NCBI RefSeq assembly: GCF_001194135.2
Contig: NC_068987.1
Coordinates: 99,967,639 to 100,003,820 of the forward strand
Origin: Octopus bimaculoides
Taxonomy: Eukaryota
Direction: 5' to 3'
DNA: 36,182 nt
Shown: positions 12,211-24,470 of the stretch, piece by piece
Layout of the letters: the number at the start of each line of letters is the position of its first letter
Numbering within the stretch: position 1 is the first letter of the stretch
Position numbers and translations under genes: made by a program
The notes under the pieces: generated by a model
Told to the model about the DNA's origin: nothing
What the model saw: the letters and a program-made list of their open reading frames with translations, nothing else
Database searches by the model: none

Positions 12211-13989
12211 TAATTATAGCAATTAAAACATAAAAAAAATATTGGAGCTAATACTGACAGACACTGACAAACATTTGGAAGTAAAATTCACTGATGTACT
12301 CTTACCAAAGGTCACATTTCGTGTGAAGGAGGTAATCAGCTTGAAAATGTTCATTAGTTACACTGTAGTTAAGATACCAAAATTTATGAAATTTATGGGT
12401 GGTGCTGTTAAAGTTTATCCCATAGGTGGAGGGCTTGGCTAGTCTTCTACTAACGACTGAGATAAGGTTTCTAATTATTGCAGAGAACTGAGTTCGGTCA
12501 GCTGGGACGTATATAATTTCATCTTTGGGTTTACTGTAGTTGTATTACTTACCCGTATTCAGGACCAAGGTCACGTCCAAAAGTCAACATTGGATAGGTT
12601 GGTGATAACCGTTATGGATAGTTTGGATCATTGAATATTTATATTTAGTCCTTCTAGGCCTTGTCCATGGGGAGGCCGTTCATATGACATCAGATTGCCA
12701 GCCCGTCGTCCCAGAAGAGTTATGTGGATGCGTACATCTCTTGAGGGTAGCCTAGGTGAATCACATGACACGGTCGGCAATCACAGTCCTGCCGTAGCTC
12801 CCCATAGAAACGTTCAACAGTGGATCGCTTCCTCTAGTCGAGATGATTCTATCATCGAGATTACTTAGGCTGGTGAATTGATATATAGNNNNNNNNNNNN
12901 NNNNNNNNNNNNNNNNNNNNNNNNNNNNNNNNNNNNNNNNNNNNNNNNNNNNNNNNNNNNNNNNNNNNNNNNNNNNNNNNNNNNNNNNNNNNNNNNNNNN
13001 NNNNNNNNNNNNNNNNNNNNNNNNNNNNNNNNNNNNNNNNNNNNNNNNNNNNNNNNNNNNNNNNNNNNNNNNNNNNNNNNNNNNNNNNNNNNNNNNNNNN
13101 NNNNNNNNNNNNNNNNNNNNNNNNNNNNNNNNNNNNNNNNNNNNNNNNNNNNNNNNNNNNNNNNNNNNNNNNNTATATATATATACATATACATATAAAC
13201 ATATACATATACATATATATGTATATGTGTGTGCGAGTGTATGTATATTACTATAAACGCATGTTTGAATAAGCACCAATGCATGAAATACTTATAACAT
13301 TTGCTTCATGCTCGAAAATATTTGTACATCTTTGAAATCGGGTTACCATGAACGTTTTAATATTTCAGTCCATATCCACACGAAATCTCCAGCTGAGTTC
13401 TAAAGTCATGTGAAGTGAACGCCAGAACATATGTAACACATTATCAGGGAACGTTTTCCTGTGCCCTATTCTCACTTCAATGAAATAAAATACACAGGGA
13501 ATTTGCTTGCAAGTTTAGGCGTCTGAACGACCGATTTATGAAGAGAATTTGCAAAAAGGCAAATATGCATATGTGATAAAAAGAACGTATTTAAGTGCGT
13601 GTGAATAATTATAGGATTCTACATATAAGTGTGCATCTGAGAGCACGGATGTCGTCATAACCGAGATGTAGTAAATATATTTGCAATTTACGCAATTTGT
13701 ACTGACTATACAATATTTTGTGTATGTGTATCTTAATATAAGATCGTCTCCAAATAATTTTTTTATTGTACATTACTTGTGCACGTCCATTTCTTGTTTG
13801 TTATTGTTAATTTTATTCGCTTATTTGATTTAACTAAAGTTATGTATATATGACCGAGAACAGATTGTTTTCATAAGAGTTTGTTATCATATGTTACCCA
13901 TGATTCATTAACGAAAGAGGATTATTAATTCTATATTTTATATCATAAATTGTATTTTCGAATTACATTATTAAAACCTTCTCAGCTGG

Positions 13990-14620
13990 AGTACCCACGT
14001 GAACAATAAGGTCGATATATCTTCCGGTGCCAAACCTTGAATATTGCAGTCTCCTATGGTCTCCACATACAAAAACAAAACATTTCGAAAATGGAATCCC
14101 CCAGAGGCATTCGTTAAAGGAATTATAAGTGCACATCTCGATTACTGTAGCCGCCTTAAAGGAATGGAATTCTATTCTCTCCAGCGCCGCCGTAAGCGGT
14201 ATCTCATTTTCACCATGAGAAGAATATACCACCAGCATTTCCGAGAATACCTAAACATTAGTTTCAGAATTCATCCAAGATTAGGACCACGGACCCTACA
14301 CAGTTGAGGATCACAACACATAAATGCCACTGTAACACAATTTCTTTACTCCAATAGACATTGTCCTATTTAATATTGTCCCAAAACAGGGAAAACTGGA
14401 AGAGTATAAACTCAACTTTAAACGGTAGCTGGACAAATTTCTTCATGGAAACCCATACTAGCCACCTATACAAATTACAACTTACTTAGCAAGAACTCCC
14501 TAACTGAATGTGCCATGATACCACAAAACTTCACTTCAAACAGGATTTTATAAATCTTATCAGGTTGTGCCATTCATTTAGATATGGTCTGCACCAATAT
14601 TTCGTCGAAACACATCCAAG
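13990..14620 (+). mobile_element. CR1-group LINE ORF2 3' fragment, degenerate
   Basis: Frameshifted translation includes LEYCSLLWSPHTK, LDYCSRLKGMEFYSLQRRRKRYLI...HPRLG and TFKR*LDKFL. These are hallmark CR1-like RT C-terminal motifs (LEYC..WSP; L.YW.RL..L..YSLQRRR.RY). Confidence 0.8.
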
Positions 14621-14704
14621 TTATCTAAGTTGTATACGTGTGTGTATGTGTGTGTGTCTATAAATGTATGGGGATATTTTTTAAGGTTCTGTGCGCATAT
14701 GTAC

Positions 14705-14739
14705 ATCTCTGTCTCTCTCTCTCTCTCCCTCTCTCTCTA

Positions 14740-14825
<86 letters not shown>

Positions 14826-14856
14826 NNNNNNNNNNNNNNNNNNNNNNNNNNNNNNN

Positions 14857-14891
<35 letters not shown>

Positions 14892-14895
14892 CACA
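14705..14895 (+). repeat. Compound (CT)n(AT)n(AC)n-gap-(AT)n microsatellite
   Basis: Direct reading. Confidence 0.9.
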
Positions 14896-15662
14896 CACAA
14901 ATATACATACGTGTATAAGCATGTATACAAAGGCGTTTATATATTTTATTACCTATCAGGTCTTCATCACGCGATTAACGAACTAACTGTGTAACATGTT
15001 TTAACATAGTAACATAGAAGCTATCAATACACCATAATTTTCAAGTAAACAAACAATTTTCACAAATAAGATTTATTCACGTATAGCGATACCATATACG
15101 ATGTCCGAAGTGAAATATCTTGCATGCCTAAATCTCTAAATGTATTCTGATATCATGGTAATAGTTCGACACGTTGATGAAGTATTCGGCATGGTTAAAC
15201 ATGGACACCGAATTTGAAACCACAGCATCCTTTCAGATATAGGATTTCAATATGTATAAATAGATTAAATCTAGACATCATATATACTTTGATTCGTTCT
15301 GGAAAATACCATTGATGGTAAGATTTGCTGAAAATTTGTCGAGGATCGGTAAATCGGTAATATGACATCTGTACACACACACATACAGATATGTATATAT
15401 ATGAGGATATTTNNNNNNNNNNCAAAGACTCATGCCATCGCCAATCTCGGAAGCACTGAAAAATGTATATAGAAATAAATGTAGAATAATATCAAAAAAT
15501 AATTAAAACAAAGAGCTGATATTAATTAAAAATTATTAGATAATTGTAAAGTGATAGGAAGTAAAATAGCTTAACCTCTTGTTAACGATTATACATATAT
15601 GTATGTATGTATGTATGTTTGTATGTATGTATGTATGTANNNNNNNNNNGTATGTATGTATG

Positions 15663-15693
<31 letters not shown>

Positions 15694-17019
15694 ATATTTC
15701 TTCCTTTCTTTATGTATTCATACTAGCAAACAATCCTATGTCTTGCTCGTAATGAAGTTGATTCTGGTGAGTGAATTTTAAAGTTGCTGCGTAATCTCTT
15801 CCAATAGTATTAGTTCCTGGACAAAGTTTAAGTGGAACGGATGCCACGTAACATTTTTTTTTTAGGCACATCTTTTGATTCCTCATTTCCATAGCAGTTC
15901 ATGTTTCTCAAAACCAAATAGATATATAAACTTGAAATCTCAAAATACAAATTGAGGAAAGAAAAAGCAAAGTAAATTCAAAACTACGGTCTGGATCCCG
16001 TTTCCACATTTAGCTATAATCTCTAATCCAATCATACAGTGTATACATTAAAAGTCATATATATNNNNNNNNNNNNNNNNNNNNNNNNNNNNNNNNNNNN
16101 NNNNNNNNNNNNNNNNNNNNNNNNNNNNNNNNNNNNNNNNNNNNNNNNNNNNNNNNNNNNNNNNNNNNNNNNNNNNNNNNNNNNNNNNNNNNNNNNNNNN
16201 NNNNNNNNNNNNNNNNNNNNNNNNNNNNNNNNNNNNNNNNNNNNNNNNNNNNNNNNNNNNNNNNNNNNNNNNNNNNNNNNNNNNNNNNNNNNNNNNNNNN
16301 NNNNNNNNNNNNNNNNNNNNNNNNNNNNNNNNNNNNNNNNNNNNNNNNNNNNNNNNNNNNNNNNNNNNNNNNNNNNNNNNNNNNNNNNNNNNNNNNNNNN
16401 NNNNNNNNNNNNNNNNNNNNNNNNNNNNNNNNNNNNNNNNNNNNNNNNNNNNNNNNNNNNNNNNNNNNNNNNNNNNNNNNNNNNNNNNNNNNNNNNNNNN
16501 NNNNNNNNNNNNNNNNNNNNNNNNNNNNNNNNNNNNNNNNNNNNNNNNNNNNNNNNNNNNNNNNNNNNNNNNNNNNNNNNNNNNNNNNNNNNNNNNNNNN
16601 NNNNNNNNNNNNNNNNNNNNNNNNNNNNNNNNNNNNNNNNNNNNNNNNNNNNNNNNNNNNNNNNNNNNNNNNNNNNNNNNNNNNNNNNNNNNNNNNNNNN
16701 NNNNNNNNNNNNNNNNNNNNNNNNNNNNNNNNNNNNNNNNNNNNNNNNNNNNNNNNNNNNNNNNNNNNNNNNNNNNNNNNNNNNNNNNNNNNNNNNNNNN
16801 NNNNNNNNNNNNNNNNNNNNNNNNNNNNNNNNNNNNNNNNNNNNNNNNNNNNNNNNNNNNNNNNNNNNNNNNNNNNNNNNNNNNNNNNNNATATATATAT
16901 AATTTCTTTACAGAAAAAATAATTCAGGAGAAAATATTTGCGAAGATTTTATTGACTGTGTTATTACGTAGTGTAACAACTAAAAATTACACTAACTGAA
17001 TCATACTGACCTTGCTCAA

Positions 17020-17215
17020 ACGGACGTTGGCTCAAGCTAACATCCAGCCATCCTCATGTGAACAGATTGCCATATATAGGAACCCGTGGAGGACTGCTAT
17101 CCTTCGAGCAGAAGAGACAACAGAGTTAGGAGGCAAAACGCAGGAGGAGAATGGAGCGTCTTCAACATCCTCGACTTGCACCGACCATCACGTGCGAATG
17201 TTAATTGAATACAAA
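17020..17215 (+). mobile_element. RTE-type LINE ORF2 C-terminal remnant
   Basis: LKRTLAQANIQPSSCEQIAIYRNPWRTAILRA, then in another frame EQKRQQS*EAKRRRRMERL...TITCEC. This resembles the RTE tail LKxxLKxxxIxxxxWExxAxDRxxWR...ExKRxxRK...C. Confidence 0.6.
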
Positions 17216-17760
17216 TAACAAAACAATATGCCAGTATCTATCTGCGTCTGTTATAATTGAATTCTTACCAGTTTCGTCACTGAGCTCATATCAACCTTTT
17301 CTCGCAATCTGTTTTTTACACGCGTCACTAAAAAAGAAGATAAGCATTGGAAGATTGATCACAGAAAGGAAGAAGATGGGGGAGGGTAAATCCAGTAATG
17401 TATTCCTTGAAAACTGCTGGAAAAGAAAAGACAAGAGATATTGTACTGGACCCGTGATTCTAGAGGTAAATTAGACAAGGTACTCTAGTTTGATTACAAA
17501 TATCTCTATTAATTTCACTTATACTCTCTCTTTCTGTCTCTCACAGTCTTACTCTTAAGAGTCTGAGAGAGACACACAGTTAGACAGAAATAGTCAGACA
17601 GGCAGAAACAGAGACAAAGATCGACGGAGAAACAGATAGGGTGAAGATTCTGTGTGCTATGTTGGCGTGCTGAAATCTTAGTATGCTGGAGATACTTCGT
17701 AGTTTACGACATTGAGGGAAAGAGTTATTGTTCCGTCTGCATGTATAGATATATTATGAT

Positions 17761-17961
17761 AAGCTCGATTATGAGAATACGAGATACATTTAAATTTATT
17801 TCCACACACGTATTTCTGCATACACATAAACATACCTACTTATTTAGATAAAGGAGTGCACAAGCTGAATTATCAGAATACGATATACATTCAAATTTAC
17901 TTCCACACACGTATTTCTGCATACACATAAACATACCTACTTATTTAGATAAAGGAGTGCA
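17761..17961 (+). repeat. Local tandem duplication, 2 x ~101 bp
   Basis: ttccacacacgtatttctgcatacacataaacatacctacttatttagataaaggagtgca is present twice. Units start at 17761 and 17862. Confidence 0.95.
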
Positions 17962-19132
17962 TAAATGCATATATGCATGTACAAATATTTACACGTATAT
18001 ATATATATATATGTATATAAACATATAGAACAATAATGTATGCATGTATAGAGAAATGATAGGTTATATCGAAACTCACTTCAGCTCCGATCTACTTCGG
18101 TAAATGAGATAGCTGACGTCAGCAAATTAGGTAAGGTGCTTTCCACAAAACTATATTTTCATATATCATACATCTTTAACAGTGAATATTATTGGTTCTG
18201 AACCATACCATAAACTACCTGAGAATTAGACTCCATTCAAAATAGTTTCATAATATATGTGAAGAGAAACTACTTGAAGCACATGCAGTGTTATGTGTGA
18301 AAGGATATAATATCCTGTTTTGAAAGGAATGTATTGCTTAGGCTAATCATGTTGTGATAAAATAATTACACTTAACACGCAAATAACAGAATATAACAGT
18401 CGACATTCTGTTCAATGCCAAATGAAATAAAATTCAATACATGCCAATTAGGCAGTAGGTGAAAACCATAATAATCTTGGAAACAAACCAAATCACAAAC
18501 AGTGGGAAGTCGTTAGACAATCGACGAATTCTGGGTCTTATGTAATTTCTTTTGAAAACTGAAGACTGCCAGAAACCACAGCCGAGACATTCTGACTATC
18601 TTCCGAGGTTGAATACAACCCGCGGAGAACAGAAACTTCGATATGAAACGACACATTTTGAGTTGTAAAATATTTGTATGCATTAAAAAATATCAGGTTA
18701 TAGCACGAATGGAAATTTGATATCTTTTTTTTTTATTTCAAAGTCCTGGAAGCATTATGTTTTCACGAAGTAATTATTTTCGCATAATTAATCGTTGGTA
18801 GTCTTTTACTACCATGCATAAACTTCATGTATGCACTGATACATTCAGTGTAATCAAATATACATGCTACTGTCCTTCATTAAGGTCTAGGCATGGTTGA
18901 TGAACCAGGTGTAAAATCTCGCATATTCCTAACCTGAATAAGAAAATATTAAGATTAGGTTTACCGAGGATATCGGTAAACATAAAAGTATATCGGCTGA
19001 AATCGAATCCCATTGTATTAGAGCACATCAGCGGCTATGTAATTACAATAGTCTCTGTCTGTCTGTCTGTATCTCTCTCTCTTTCTCTCTCTATCTCTCT
19101 TTCTCTCTCTCTCTCTGTCTCTCTCTCTCTCT

Positions 19133-19194
<62 letters not shown>

Positions 19195-20346
19195 CCCACA
19201 CACATACATATACTTACACACATATAGATAAAGGGGATATGGTAAATACGCGAGGACACGTTGCATCATGAACAGAAAAGAAAGGGGCTCAATTCCAAAG
19301 AAAGTTGCGTAATACATTCATTAGTCTTTGTTACGAGACCTAAAACCTAACTTTGTATTGAACCTTCATCTTCATATTGCAATAAGCAAAACTTGGCAGA
19401 TATTAATAGACGTATTTTGCACTGTCAGTCTTGCAAAACAAACACCCCAAAACTTATTTGACCTTAAAAATGATAATACGTTATTTTATTGTCATTGTTG
19501 AGTCGCTGAATGGATTTGCATTTATGAACGTCGTGTTAGTCGTTAGTTTGAATAATAGTTTAGGACAACTTTAGAACGGAAATGAAATTAACGTCAGAAT
19601 CATATAGTCGCTATTTTCCGTTTAATTTCCCCTACATAGTAAATTTTTATGTCTATGGAAAACGAATAATTACTGGCCCAATATCTATTTTTCTATATCA
19701 TCATTGTTTCGATTCTGATTAATATTTTCTCTCCAATTGTCTAATCTAATAGAATCAATTCATACAATTCCTTGTTCAGCCAGACAAAGTGTAATAAACA
19801 AATGTGAACCACTTAATAATTACTGGAATCTATAACGAGATATCGATAAATTGTTTTAGTACCAGCCTATCTCCTGAACCTATTTCTCTTGCATTGTCGT
19901 TCAGAAGTTCGTTCTGCAATATTCTTGCTACATTATTGAGACCCATTAAAAATGGTATTCTTCTACGAAACACACGTAAACATATATATTAAGGAGACTA
20001 CTGCCACACCAAATCCCATATAACGTACGAGTCACTAACAGTTAATTATTGATTTATAATTCAAACATATCTTGAGTGTTTTAACACGCTTCCTGTGCTA
20101 AAATTCTAAACCATCAACGTAAGAGGAATAAGCAACTCCTTGAAAAATGTTTAAAATGTTTAAAATGTTTCCAATTGAACCAAACAAGCCGTATGTGTGT
20201 CTTTCGGTACTTCAGTACTCAAAATTAATTACACATGATAAAAGTCTTAAAATAATATTTTCATACATAAATGTGAAACTCGTACCAGGAACAATTCACT
20301 TAATTAAAAACGAGAACATAACGAGCAACAACGCCAAACCAATTAT

Positions 20347-20392
20347 GATGATAATAATACTAGTAGTAGTAGTGCAGCTGCTGCTGCTGCTG

Positions 20393-20431
<39 letters not shown>

Positions 20432-20463
20432 GTAATAATAATAATAATCACCATCATCATCAT
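20347..20463 (+). repeat. Compound trinucleotide microsatellite (AAT/AGT/GCT/ACT/AAT/CAT)
   Basis: Direct reading; it produces the artefactual poly-L/poly-I ORF 20147-20488. Confidence 0.95.
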
Positions 20464-20494
20464 TTCTGCGATTGACCATAAGTGCTGAAATTAT

Positions 20495-20663
20495 GGGTGA
20501 GGCGACTAGTCGATTACATGGACAACACATTTTAATTCATCGACTCTGAATGGATGAAGGTAAAGTCGACCTCGGTGGAATTTGAACTCAGAACAAAGCG
20601 ACGGGCGAAATACTGCTAAGCCTTTCTTCCAGCTGCTATAGAAATTCTGCCAGTTCACCGGCT

Positions 20664-20664
<1 letters not shown>
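20495..20664 (-). mobile_element. SINE copy (tRNA-like head plus central domain)
   Basis: Minus strand reads ...ggcagaatt...gcttagcagtatttcg...tctgagttcaaattccaccgaggtcgactttaccttcatcc. Related copies lie at 24110-24223 and 32680-32842. Confidence 0.75.

Positions 20665-20751
<87 letters not shown>
20664..20751 (+). repeat. (ACT)n(AAT)n compound microsatellite
   Basis: Direct reading. Confidence 0.95.
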
Positions 20752-20755
<4 letters not shown>

Positions 20756-20835
20756 TGTTAATAATAAAAGAAATCTTGTAACTGTCCAGGAAGAAATAGA
20801 CTGCGATGTAAATAACATAATATCGTCAATTTTGC

Positions 20836-21365
20836 AGGATGCTGTTCGATAAACATAACTTAAAAATCAGCTTCAACTCAACTACTTATTTAAAAATTTT
20901 AATCGCACACAACACACAAAAAACACAATATGAAACTTGCTGTTCATGCAGTGATACCTGCCCGCTAAATGGAGCTTGCAAGTCCCAGACCATCATTTAT
21001 GAAGCCACCATGGACTCTATATCCACTAAGGACACAGTTTCGACGAAGAAATACGCGGGCCTTACAGAGGGTAATTTCAAGGCCAGATACAACAATCACA
21101 CCTTGAGCTTCAGGCACTGGGATAAAAGGAAAACGACCAAATTATCAAGTCATATATAGTTCTTAAAAGATAAAGGTGTCAGTTACAACATCCATTGGAA
21201 TATCTTAGCCAAGTGTAAACCCTACACTAACGGCAGCGGAAAGTGCGGTCTTTGTGATATGGAAAGATGGCTTATCTGGAAAGGCAGCTTAGACCCCGCC
21301 ACCAGGCTAAATTCAAGAGCTGAACTTTTCGGATAACGTCCACATGTGCCTAAATATTTGTTACG
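20836..21365 (+). mobile_element. Penelope-like retroelement fragment: linker plus GIY-YIG endonuclease, 5'-truncated, with 2 in-frame stops
   Basis: A single frame reads LFDKHNLKISF..KILIAHN..CCSCSDTCPLNGAC..IIYEAT...KKYAGLTEGNFKARYNNHTLSF...TKLSSHI*FLK...IHWNILAKCKPY...CGLCDMER...LNSRAELFG*RPHVPKYLL. It shows the IIY...YAG split motif, catalytic R (FKARY), conserved H, CxLC, E and LN. Confidence 0.9.
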
Positions 21366-21554
21366 TTTTCGTTCCGCCGAGATTACTGATAGGACTTGCT
21401 TTCTATATTGTGTCTATGTACAAACGTTTTATCTCTCTATACATTTTACTTATATTTCTTACATACCTTTTATATTTTTTTTACATATTTATAGAGATAA
21501 TGTTTTATACACTTTTTACATGTTTTATCTGTATTCTAACTTCCACCCAGCTTT

Positions 21555-21980
21555 TTTCTTGTGCGTATATAGACATGCACATGGAACCTTTTGTGCGTGC
21601 TTGTGGAAGTGTGCGTGAGTGCGGGTACGAGGGTATATAGACGTATGTGCATGCATGCGAGAATGTGGGCATATAGACATGTTTTACCCTTATGGCCTTT
21701 TTACACATTTTCCACTTTTTTCTGTATTTTGTATTTAACCCTTTTCTTTCTTGGGCATGTGCGTATATAGACGTGTGTATGAACCTTTTTCTGCGCGTGT
21801 GTATGTGTGCGAGCATGTTGTGTGCGTGTGTGCGTGTGTGAGCGTGTATACAGGTATATATAAATATTTTTTTTGGCGAATGTGTGGGTGAGCATATGTG
21901 TGTTTTAAGTGAGGATGGATGAGTATATATATATATAGGGGCATGTATGTGGGTGTGCAGGCGCACAAGTGTATGCATGG
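21555..21980 (+). repeat. Degenerate TG/TA-rich minisatellite-like tract
   Basis: Recurring tatagacatg/tatagacgt and gaacctttt..tgcg motifs. Confidence 0.5.
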
Positions 21981-23619
21981 AGTGGTGCTCTTAGGCGAAT
22001 ACTATGCACATTTTACTCCCTTACTTTTACTCCCTCCCATCACTTAGCGGTCATTCAAATAGCTCTTTTGCTTTAATAACGGTCAACTACAGTAATTTCT
22101 CTTTGACTAACGGTCATGTTCATAGCATTCTTCGATAGCCAGATAAATGTAGAGATGGCGGTGTGGGTTTCCGCCCCGGCATCCAAAACTCGGACTTTTA
22201 TCATGGCTACCGAATAATCGTTGCATACTATTTACAGATAAATTTCTCTGTTTACATGATATCGAGGTCTCTTTCTTTCTTTTTTGTCTTACCTTTTCTA
22301 TCAATTTATATATATATATATATATTTGAAGGTTTAGAGGTGATGTACAGAAATTATATATAAACATTTTTTTTTAAGGTACACAGAAACCTGGATGTTT
22401 GTACATTTACAGATTTTTATTAATGTCACGTATTAAATAAAGCGCTTTTCACCTAGTCGTGTAGGTTTTTCACATTGTTTTGAAATATATATATATGTAT
22501 GTATGTATGTATCTCTGTCTCACTCTCTCTCTCTCTCTCTCTCTCTNNNNNNNNNNNNNNNNNNNNNNNNNNNNNNNNNNNNNNNNNNNNNNNNNNNNNN
22601 NNNNNNNNNNNNNNNNNNATATATATAGTAAATACAAAAGAAGAAGAGCAACAAATTAAAAAAAACATCGTGAGGACATGGGTACATGTAAAGTATTAGC
22701 AGACGCTCAGGGAAGGAAAGAAAGATGGTCTAATGTATCGAGCAACGCTCTCCTTCAGAAAAAAGAGGAAGACGGAGGAAGAAAATCGCCAACGATTACC
22801 AGAGTAAGCATATAAATGCGAAACGAGGTGGGGAAAATAGTACTCGAATGCCGGAGGTAGAGTAATATGATTTATTAAAAAGCAGCAAAAATATCGCAAA
22901 CATTCTTACTCAGAGTTTTACGTTCCTGTTTGTCGGACAGCTTTGTTTAAAATAAACAAAATAAGGTTATATGCACAAAGGTACAATTATTTTGATAGAC
23001 ACATATTTGAAAATGGTTTTGTTGTATTGCACTTTTCATCTAACTGCCTTTTCAATAACCGGCTGCATTAAACTACAATTATAGTTTAAAATCACATTGT
23101 TATAAAAATCGAGGAAAACCTTACATCAAACATAGCTTATATAGAAAGAAAAAAAACTTCAATACTCAGGGTAAATAATTAGTAGTAAAAAATTATAAAA
23201 TTAAATTTAAATAAATTAAAAGAGATATGCGTTTTAAAAACTTTGACGCCAAAATACATACATATTTAGCAACACTCATACCAAATAACCTGTATTTACA
23301 TATATACAGTAAACATACACGGATTGGTACATGTCTACATACATATACAGACAAATATAGGCAAAAAATAAATATATACAAATGCATATATATATGTATG
23401 CACGCACAGGCACGCACGCGCATAATACATCCTAGTGTATGTTTATACAACTTAGTTGTTACAGGGGAGAATAAAGAAAGCGAAAAGAATATCAGGGCAA
23501 AACAAGTGGTGAAGGAAAGAAAAAAGTAAAAGAAGGAAAAAGAAATAAAAGAAAAAGAAGCAACAAAATTAGAAAAGAGAACGAGAAAAGTAGATGGAGG
23601 TAGAGAGTAACATGATTAG

Positions 23620-23780
23620 GAGGTTGGCGTTCCTGGTGGTGTGTTTACGTCCCCTTAATCTAGCGATTCGGCAAAAAAGACGGATAGAATAAGTCTTGGG
23701 GTCGATTTTTTCGACTAAAGGCACTGCTCCAGCATGGCAGCAGTCAAATGACTGAAACAAGTAAAATAAAAAGAAAAGAA
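23620..23780 (+). mobile_element. SINE 3' half
   Basis: ggtgtgtttacgtcccc..tagcgattcggcaaaa..gatagaataagtcttggggtcgat..gactaaaggc..ctccagcatggcagcagtcaaatgactgaaacaagtaaaa; same family as 7070-7270. Confidence 0.8.
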
Positions 23781-24109
23781 AAATATATATATATTGACAT
23801 GTCTTCGCATGAAGATAAATATACACCATAACGTATATACACATTCAAACGTTGTATAACAACTGCATGGTATATAGAATATTAAAATAAAGAAATTGTA
23901 AAATTGTATAATAAATTAATATAACATAATTCACTGTAATATAAAATAAATATATAGATTTAATTTTCCGAATGTCAAAATATTTTATCCGCACACTATT
24001 TTTCTGGTTATAAACCTTTTAAAACCATTTTAATCTTCGCAGCATAGCTGCATGAATTTAAAGGACGCGTGGTCGTTCACATCGTTGTCAAGGCTCAACT
24101 TATTCTGTC

Positions 24110-24221
24110 GATCACAAAAGGATGACAAGTGAAAACTGCCACGATGGAATTTTAACTCAGAATGTAAAGGAAATGCCGCTAACCATATTTCTCGACGCGC
24201 TAACGATTCTGCCAATCCTCC

Positions 24222-24223
<2 letters not shown>
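24110..24223 (-). mobile_element. SINE 5' part
   Basis: Reverse complement reads aaggaggattggcagaatcgttagcgcgtcgagaaatatggttagcggcatttcc...ttctgagttaaaattcc; related to 20495-20664. Confidence 0.7.
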
Positions 24224-24269
<46 letters not shown>

Positions 24270-24430
24270 ATATCTATATATATATATTATATATATATAT
24301 ATANNNNNNNNNNNNNNNNNNNNNNNNNNNNNNNNNNNNNNNNNNNNNNNNNNNNNNNNNNNNNNNNNNNNNNNNNNNNNNNNNNNNNNNNNNNNNNNNN
24401 NNNNNNNNNNNNNNNNNNNNNNNNNNNNNN

Positions 24431-24463
<33 letters not shown>

Positions 24464-24470
24464 GTAAAAG

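Noticed and set aside
17269-17420. Minus-strand segment with strong pyrimidine-rich acceptors and a GTAAGA donor
   Set aside because: All three frames contain stops; at best it is a UTR or start exon, which I cannot support.
17684-17745. CWRYFVVYDIEGKSYCSVC resembling a BED zinc finger
   Set aside because: There is no downstream His pair at convincing spacing and no hAT context; the match is too short.
19820-19960. Minus-strand protein-like frame (RIPFLMGLNNVARILQNELLNDNAREIG)
   Set aside because: Donors are weak, there is no recognisable homology, and the length is within chance expectation.
20147-20488. ORF with a poly-Leu/Ile membrane-like stretch
   Set aside because: It is a translation of the compound trinucleotide microsatellite.
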